Source of the DNA: Candidatus Omnitrophota bacterium
GTDB taxonomy: Bacteria; Omnitrophota; Gorgyraeia; Duberdicusellales; 4484-171
Length of the DNA: 64,000 bases
Assembly (NCBI GenBank): GCA_024231025.1
Contig: JAAEQW010000090.1
Location: forward strand, 21,490 to 85,489
Direction: 5' to 3'
Below, one piece after another: positions 9,620-18,600 of the stretch (the first letter of the stretch is position 1; every line of letters begins with the position of its first letter). Below the pieces are notes generated by a model that worked only from the letters and a program-made list of their open reading frames with translations, was not told the origin of the DNA and ran no database searches. A program made the position numbers and the translations under genes.

Positions 9620-12600
9620 TCACGCCGCAAGATCAAAGACAGGTTCTTCTTGTTCCTGATCAGCTTTTTTGAAATCACGCTCAATAGTAATGATTTGAAA
9701 TGTAAAGCCTTTGAAAGTTTTAATGTCAAAAGGAAGTGACTCAAAATTAGAAAATGGCGCAATGGAGCCACCTGTTTGCGACTCTTCATCTATCTCTAAC
9801 ATTTCTGGATTAAGATCAATACCGCCGGGATTGGTGTTTGGGAGTGTAGCGTCGACCTCTCCCCCGGCGGTTTGTTGTGCCGACGCTAAATAATCTAAAT
9901 GATTTTTCTTTTCATTATTTTGGTCAAACAAATTAGCCCCGACCAATGCTGGTCCTGCACTATTTTCTATAGAAGAATTTTGTTGAACGGTTAGAATTTG
10001 GTTACCATCAAACGCTTGTTTTAATTTATCCCAATAATTCTTTTCGCCTATAACCAATAGATTACCCTTTGTTTTTACTTCTGAGGATAAGCGCTTGGCA
10101 ATTTTGGAAAAATGATATCGATTCATCCAATAGCAGCTGACATATTCAGCGCAAGCAGTTACCACTTTGGTTCCAACAACTTCCCTGTTTTTAGCCTTCG
10201 TATGCATCGCTAAGATTTTCTCATCAGCAATTGTTCCATTGGATGATTGCGCGGCCCGAACCTCTCGATCCCACTCCATAAACAAATCGATCTCACCATA
10301 TTCTTTACACACCCTAAACAAATCATGCCTAATATCAACAAGTTGACGCCCCTCTGCTAAACTATCATCCAAAGATATAATTTTCTTGAAAAATCTAGAT
10401 GAGGTTGCGGCCAAATAAACCAGGGGTCCGTATAACGTTAAGAATGTATCCTCAATCTTGTTACGCTTAAATCCCAAATTCTCCATCTTAATCGTAAACG
10501 CATCGATCAAACCAACCAATTCGTTAATCCGCTCGAAACCACGGTCGCGCGTAAACCCTACCGCAGCAACATTACTAACGCCACCGCGGAGAAGCGCTTT
10601 TTTTATCGAACGCAATTGCTTTCTGTAAAGATGTGTTTGCCATTGGAAATTGAGATCAAGATCTAAAACAAGATCTTTAAAATACTGAGCATCACCATCA
10701 TCGTAAGCTTTGATTAAAAATTCTAGAAATTGACCGATATCCTGAGAAGCTTTCACAGGCTTAACAATAAAAACATCTTTCTTGTCTAGCGAATCTCGTT
10801 TTATCCCCAATTCATTTTTCCCAGATAATTCTCGAGCATATCTAGTCATGCCTAACAAATGGCACCCCCCAACAACAGTCATCGCAACACCATCCTTACC
10901 TACAATCCCGCTTGCTTCATGCAGCGTGTTTTCAATCATTGCCCGATCCCTATCTTTTGCCGATAACATAAAAAAGTTAAAAGAATCGCAATAATTACGA
11001 ATTACCCCCAATGGGATGCGTTCTTCTACACCAATCTCTTTCATAATTGCCAAAACTTCTTTCGAAGCAATTGAAGTCGATTGGCTCAAATCGTATAACC
11101 GATCAGACAAATCAATACTCTCTTTAGCGGTAAGAAATTCAACAATCTTCTTTCCATAATAAGCTGCAGCCTCTAAATAGACACTCGCTTCTTTACGCAG
11201 CAAATCATCATCGATAGCCACAAAATGCACCTGATCAATGAAATCCCTCATATGTACATGAAAATATCCTAGCACCCCGTAGGTAAGGAGAGTAAAATCA
11301 TCGGCAATCTCTTCAATATTATTTTCCAAGTAATTGACGATATCTTCTAAGTTTGAAACATTATTACCTTGCTTCTTTTTATCAGCAATGTAGATCCGGA
11401 CATTAGAAAAATGCGCCTGCATATTCGCGATAATATGCCGATGCCCATTGAGAGCTTCTTTCCGTACTCGTTCTACCCCCTGATGAGTTAATTCTAATCC
11501 CAACATAGCAAGTTTACCGCAAGCCGCTATCTCTCTAATCGTTTCTATATCTTTTTGTAACGAGTCCATCACCTTGCGTTCAGTTTGAAGTAAAGTGAAA
11601 AGATCCCAACAGTATCTCACGCTGGAAGCAGCATTGAGAACATTATTAGAAAGAGCCTTCTCAATCATGTCGTATTTTAAGGAATCGGCATGGCTATACC
11701 CTAATATCGCTAAGTCCCCTCCCGAAGCAATGCCTCCTCGAACATATCTAAGCACGCTATCATGATTTCGCACACTGCGATTACTGACACCGGAAGCTCT
11801 GGCAATAGCCTCTGACACCGGACCCACACCAAGGCTAACCGCTCCTACACCAGCCGCCTTAAAGAAACTCCTTCTGTTTATTTCCATCGGCTTTAGTATC
11901 TCAGCGCCTCTATCCTTATACTCAGCTTTAATCTCTGATAGATTGCGCTCAGTTACATCAACTTCAACATTGATCCCTATTTTCTCAAGCTTTTTCTCCA
12001 GGGCCTTGGCATTTTTACGGTCAAATGGATCAGCGTCAATCAAATATTCATATAGACCGTCTATCTTCTCTCCTTCAGGCAGGCGCTCATTAATCAACCT
12101 CTCAACATCCAATATTGTCATCATTAAACCGAGTGGCATATCCTCTTTCTTCAAAACTCCAGCAAAAGCTAAACCAAAAAAATTAGCCAACTCTTCTTCC
12201 TGCTCCTTCAATCCCTTAGAAAGCCTGCCAAAAAGACGCACTTCGTCGAACAAAGCATGGGCAGTTTCATGGCCATCAACAAAACGAATCGCTTCCTCCA
12301 GTGTTGGAACCCGACCAAATTTATCAGCAAGATCACTGAGCTGCTCTTCCAACTGCTTGCGATTCAAATGAACCCGCCGAATTAACCTACCATCCTCATG
12401 AAACCGAGCATGCAACCCGTGGATTATATTGGCGATGGTCAGTGGAGAAACTAGTGGTGGAAAATATTCAGTATCGGCGTCGGAAGTAACTGGCACAACT
12501 ACATCAGAGAGCCCTTCTTCATCGCTGGTAATTTGATGACTTCTTGAATTTGGATCAATATCGACCCTTGACGAAGGAATGCTAACAGCCTGGGACTTCG

Positions 12601-15600
12601 CACTCATAGCGGCTTTCTTTAATAATGTTTCCATATTAGAAAGCATCATCGATACTTCTTCGATGCTGTTGGCAGCAATAACATTATCTAAATCCGGCAA
12701 CTCCAGGCCTTCTGCTTTTAAATCGCTGGTTAACTCATTATTTAATTTTGCCATATATAATTGCTTACCGGCACCGCCATAATTCAAAACAATAACTTTT
12801 TTATTGTTTTTCAAAGCTACTACTGCTTCGTGAATGGTCCCTAAACTACCATTCAACACGATCATGACATCCGCCACCATTGCCATACCTACACGGCGCT
12901 GGTGCATATCCTTACCAATATATTGTACCGCTACTCGATTATTAGGAGATATCCTACTGTAACCAACAGCACTCATTCCTTGAGGTAATAAAGCAAAAAA
13001 CCGTTCATCACTATTCTGACTCAACGAACAAACCCCCTGATAAACATCTTTTCCTACCCCTGGAACACCACCGGTAAATACATAACCTTTATCTTTTACG
13101 TAATCAGCTAAGCATCTCCCTAATTCTTCTCCTATTGTAGGAGAGTAATCTGATGACGGGCTAACCGCGCCGATAACTCCAATCCTTATCCCTTCATACT
13201 CTTGCCGTATATATTCTGCTTGCCATTGTATTTCATCCCCTTCCTGATCGCTACGTCTTCGCGTTACGTCTTTTTGACCAGGAGGAATCTTTTCGTGAAA
13301 AAATATTTCTAGCAACCATCGAGTCGTATCTGGACTATCTACCCCTACCCCACTCGGCATAATCAACATTGGGTAATCATTCCCTTCAACACTATAACTA
13401 TTACCTATTTTAAGAATATCTTTCTGTTTTATTCCTGTTTGTTGAGCAAAGAAACTGGCGGCATTTCCTTTATTTACTTCCAAAGGCACTATATTCAGGT
13501 TAACTTCAGTATCAACTACTTTATATTTATGCATCAGACCTAAATCACCTAAAGCCATTTTTAAAGCAATAATCAACTCCTCCTTTTGCTCATTGGTAAC
13601 ATTATCTACAGCAATAATCGCTGAACGTTCAGTTACTTTAAAACCAAATTTCTCTAAATCCGTTGATTGTAATTTACCAACTATGCTTCTTCTATCCTGT
13701 GAATCAATAGCGTAACTGGTAAGGATCTCATCATTCCCTACGTCATAACACCCTGCCCCATTCTGCTCAAAAACATAAAGATTTTTTAATGCTTCTGAGT
13801 TTACTCTCCTGCGCATTCTTCTAACAAACACTTTATCTATCGACTTCGATCTGCCGCTTACAATACCCACCTTATACCCTGCCTCTAACATCCCGGCAAT
13901 TAAGTCTAAAATTTCACTGGATATTTTTTTCCCTCGAAGCTTCAAGGTGCCATCAATATCTAAGAGTACCCCACCGAACCTTTTATCTGCCCTAAAAGGC
14001 AAACTATCTAAATTATCTTTTTCAGCGACCGGCACTGCTCTTTGTTCATTCAAATCTACTAATCGCTCAACAATAGCAAATTGCCTTAGAAACTCATCTT
14101 CAAAAGTATGAGACGGATTTACTCCTTGACGGTTAACAACAAATCGTTTGCTGATATGATCATCGATGGAACCGCTAAGATGTTTATCCTGACCATTAAG
14201 CTGTCTCATGTAATCAGGCATATCCTGATTAGAAACATTGACAGCAGCAACAAACAGTCTCGATTGATTAATGGGATCTAATCCATCAATGCTGTCAGGA
14301 TTAAACGCCTCTGGCTTATCTCTCACTTGCCGATTTGACCATCGCCCACCCATAGTTACTGAAATATCGCTACGATTCATCGGATTATAATACTCACTTC
14401 TATAGGCATTGGCATCTCGATCTGGTATTGCTAATTCTTGCTTTAATCTTCTCAACTTATCTACAAATCTCATAATCATTTCATATGAAGAATAAACTTG
14501 ACCTTCATTACGTTGAGGATTGAAAAAATCCTGAAAATATTCCTGCTCTCTTAATTGATCCGCGCCTTCAATAAATTTGTCTCCTGCTAAAACATAATTA
14601 ATCAAAAGCATGACGTTAACAAAGGCTTTATGGGCATCAGGATAACGTGAACCACCTTGCACGTCACGCATAAAACTATTACTGCCGTCCATCATTACTA
14701 CTTCGGGTTGTTCTTTTAACATGAATCTTAAAGTATCATCATCGAAAAGCTGTTCTTTTCTTTTTGCACAAATAAGATGTTCATCATCATGGGCCTCAGT
14801 AGAACCAACCCTTACTTCAGCGATTTTTATCCCTAAGCTCTCTAAGCGAGTCTTTATTGGCGTCGCGAGAAACCAACCATAAGAAAAATTCGGCACGACT
14901 AAAACCTTTCGACCGGAATTTTTTAGAGCAACCACAAAGTCGAAGAACTTTTTCACCTCATAAGAAGTATAAGATAAGGCGGTTTTGGTTGAATCCTCCA
15001 CTTCATCTTGCGATAAACGGTTAAAATTCTCTAATATCTCCCTAAACCACTCAAAAGTATAAGTCTCTCGTTCTGACTCTCTCCCGCACTGACGAACATA
15101 CTCATTACAAAAACGACTATACTCTAAAGCTACTTTTAATTCATCATTAGGGTCAAAAGAATTATTAACTTGAGGATTATATACTCTCCAAATAGCCATC
15201 AAACTCTGGGGATCATTCGCCGCATCAATTCTTTGATTAAGAGTAGCCGAAGGATAAAATCCATTCTCTAAAAGCAATTTAGTATTTTCTACAAATTTCT
15301 GAGATATTTCATCTGACCGTAATGGCAATATAGAATCATAGGTAGAAGGATTATTTAATGCAGGTATAAATGTCTGTGATTGATGCAAAACCACAATAAA
15401 ATCACAAACGACCTCAAGATTTTCCTTGGTAACGAACTCGCTTTCAACTAATCTTTGCAGCATAGAGTACGCGGATTCTACTGTTTGTGCTGGTAAATGA
15501 TCCTTTACCTTTAGAGAAAATACAACTTCAACCATAATATCAAGGATGGCTTTTGCCTGGTTATTATCTGCAGCATGCAGCAATTTTTCTTTTAGAGACT

Positions 15601-18600
15601 CGAGATCGCTATATTCTAATCGAGGTTGGCTATGAATCAAACCAACACGCAATGCGTCGTAAAAAAATCTTCTACTATCATACTCAATACTATCGCCGGT
15701 TAAACCCAGAATAACCCTCGCTCTTTCCTTGGTGAACTCAACTTTACCGAAAAGACCCCTAAAAAATTCGAAATCACCAGATTTTTCATCCCAACAAGAG
15801 ATCAAAAGAGAAGCAAGTTGAATTTTTTCGAAACTACCATCTTCTGCCCAGCCAATAGCATCAATCAGCCCTCCAAATGAAAACGGCAAAAACGTAAGAA
15901 ATTCATTGCTTAAGATGCTAAACAAGCATTCTCGCGCTTGTGAATTTTGCACTTTACCAATTACTACCGCTAAATTATTAAATAAACTTGGATCTTTTCC
16001 GACTACATGCACTAAATCTTTCGCGATTCGTTTAGCTACCAAATTCTCACTTGAGATGCCTCCTTGAGAAACAATCCCGTCAATTGCTTTAACAATCAAA
16101 CCAGGATTACTAACTAATACCATGCCAATCCCAGCACCAACACGACCCTCTGTCCTTTCTACCACACTAAGTATAGTTTTGAAATCATCCTCATCGGGTC
16201 GCATCTGCTGATTACCAACGAGAGCGTGAGCAAAAACCGCGCTAAGCTCTCTTAAAGTTTCTTCATCTTCTGTGGTTGCTAATTTTGTAATAAAAATATC
16301 CTTGCTTGATTCAGTCAAAGAAACGTTCTCATTATTTTTGAGGAGGTTTTTTAAGACAGTGGCGGCTCTTTTTAAATCCTGCTCGTTATCAGCCCTGTCA
16401 ATTAAGACAAGTAGGTCTTCGGCATGATCTTGGCTGCTAAAACAGTGCCCGCAAACATAAGCGATCGCCGCTTTTGTTGAATCATTCTCTGTCTGGTTGA
16501 ATGATTGCGTCACTTTGTCGTTTAAACCAGAAAAATTAATAGCGTCTTCTTTAATTGCTCCGTAGCTGAAAGTCGCCGCCAAACGCCCATCAGTTTTTTC
16601 AAGCGCGGAAAGAATAGAGTCTACGTCTTCAGGGTCTAACCATTTATCTACTTTTGCTGCCCATGCTATATTAGGTAAAAGAGCCAGGATACTCTCTAAA
16701 TCTTCTTCATTTTCTTGATCACTAAACTCAGAGACAAGAGAGTTAAATTTGTTAAGAACGATTCTAAGACCTGCTTCGCTAATATTTAAATTATCCCTGT
16801 TTTTTTGCTTAATAATTGCCATCAAGATTGAAGATGCTTTAGCTAAAACCTGCTTGTTCTTCGAATCTCTTATTAAATTCAATAAAACTTCAAATTCTTG
16901 AGCATTAAACTTAGAAACAAATGGAAGAGCTATGTCGCGGCCAAGCGCATCATCGAGAACGGAAAGGATTGCTTCGCGCAAAGAATCATCACCAATACTA
17001 GCCAACGCACTGAGGATATCAGAAACTAAAGCTCTTGGCGCGCTACTGTCGCGAAATGCTGAACTAATAATACGCTCAAACCAATCAAAAGTAATCTTAC
17101 CCGATACGCTTAGGGTAATAAGATCAGAAATTAATTTAGAGACCGAATCATCTTTTTTGCCACGCCGTAAAACACTAATAAGAACAGATTCAACAGTACT
17201 TTTTAAATTTTCAAATTGAACATTATTAGTTGCTAAATCAACCATCTCCGCAAGCACATCAGGATTACACTCTAGGGCACCCTTAAACACCCAACCAAGA
17301 TGCTCTTTAGCCCTATCATCTACGGCTCTTTCGCGAGCCTGATATAATATCATTATTTGGTTACAATTAAGCTTAATTGCAGGATCGTCTCTATCTTGTT
17401 TTAAAGCTAGTGCGAGCGAACGCATAGTCGCATCATCATCTGAATTTTCTATCGCGGTCAAGATTCGAGTAGTAAAGCCCGGGTTGTATTTTACCGCCTC
17501 CCCTAAAACAAGCGCGTAGCAAACCTTGATTTCGTTCCTTTCAGGATCATGCGTTGATTGTTCCGATACTGAAAGAGCTAATTCAATTATGCGCGGATTA
17601 TTAGATAATAGCCGTTCTCCAATAGATTTATTCACCCCCCACATGTAATCATCTGAAACACCGACGAATATTCCAGCTAAAAGTGCCAGGTTTTCTGCGG
17701 TTTGTTCTAAATTATCACTAATAATCTCATCTTTAAAAACAAAAAAAGCAGAATTGAAAAAATCTTCAAGCCTCTGCTCATGGATAGATTCCCTTGTGCT
17801 ATTAGTATTCAGCACAACGCTCAACAGTTTATCGAGAATCTCATCTAAATTTTCTCTAGTTTGTTCTATACTATCTTCTACTATGATAATATCCTTTAAG
17901 GACGTAAGAAAATTGCTAAACAAGGGTTGAAGGTAACTTTCCGGCCCAGAAGCTTTTCGCTTAGGACTACTGGATCTTCGTATTTTATTGAGAAAAAATC
18001 TTAGCTCATTGCCGATCTCCTGTAAATTAGTAATCGTTTGTTTAGGGTCATCTTCTACAATAATCACATCTCTTAAGGAGGAAATACCGAGAAGTATGTA
18101 CTTTGCGTCATCGATCCCTGCTTTAGTACATAAATCTATTAATTCCTGTGGTAGCCCTTGTGAGTGTTTAATAATTTCCTGAAAACCAGAAGGAAGCTCG
18201 TCAAACGGTATGTCAGTAAAAGGATAGAGCTTTTGAAAGTATTCCGATTGCACTGAATTTCTCTGAGTCTGATTTTTTTTAATAAATGTAGTTAGGGCTT
18301 TATCGGGCCCGAGTAATTTTGGATACTCATCCGGCATAATTTGTTTGGCTGCTGCTCGCAGTAAATCATGGCCTGACGCTTTCGAAGAGAGCAATTTGTA
18401 ATTTTTAAAAGCACGCAAAAGAGCGTCACCCTCAATAGTCAATCGTGCCACCTCCGAATTTTGATTATTCTTTAAGACTAACTTCCCTTTAAGCCATCCG
18501 CGCTGAGTCAAAAACCTAAAAACTCTGTCTAAGCCAAAACCACACAATAGCTTGGCAATCGCCCCTTTCACTTCTATTTTTATTAATCCTCTCTTTAATA

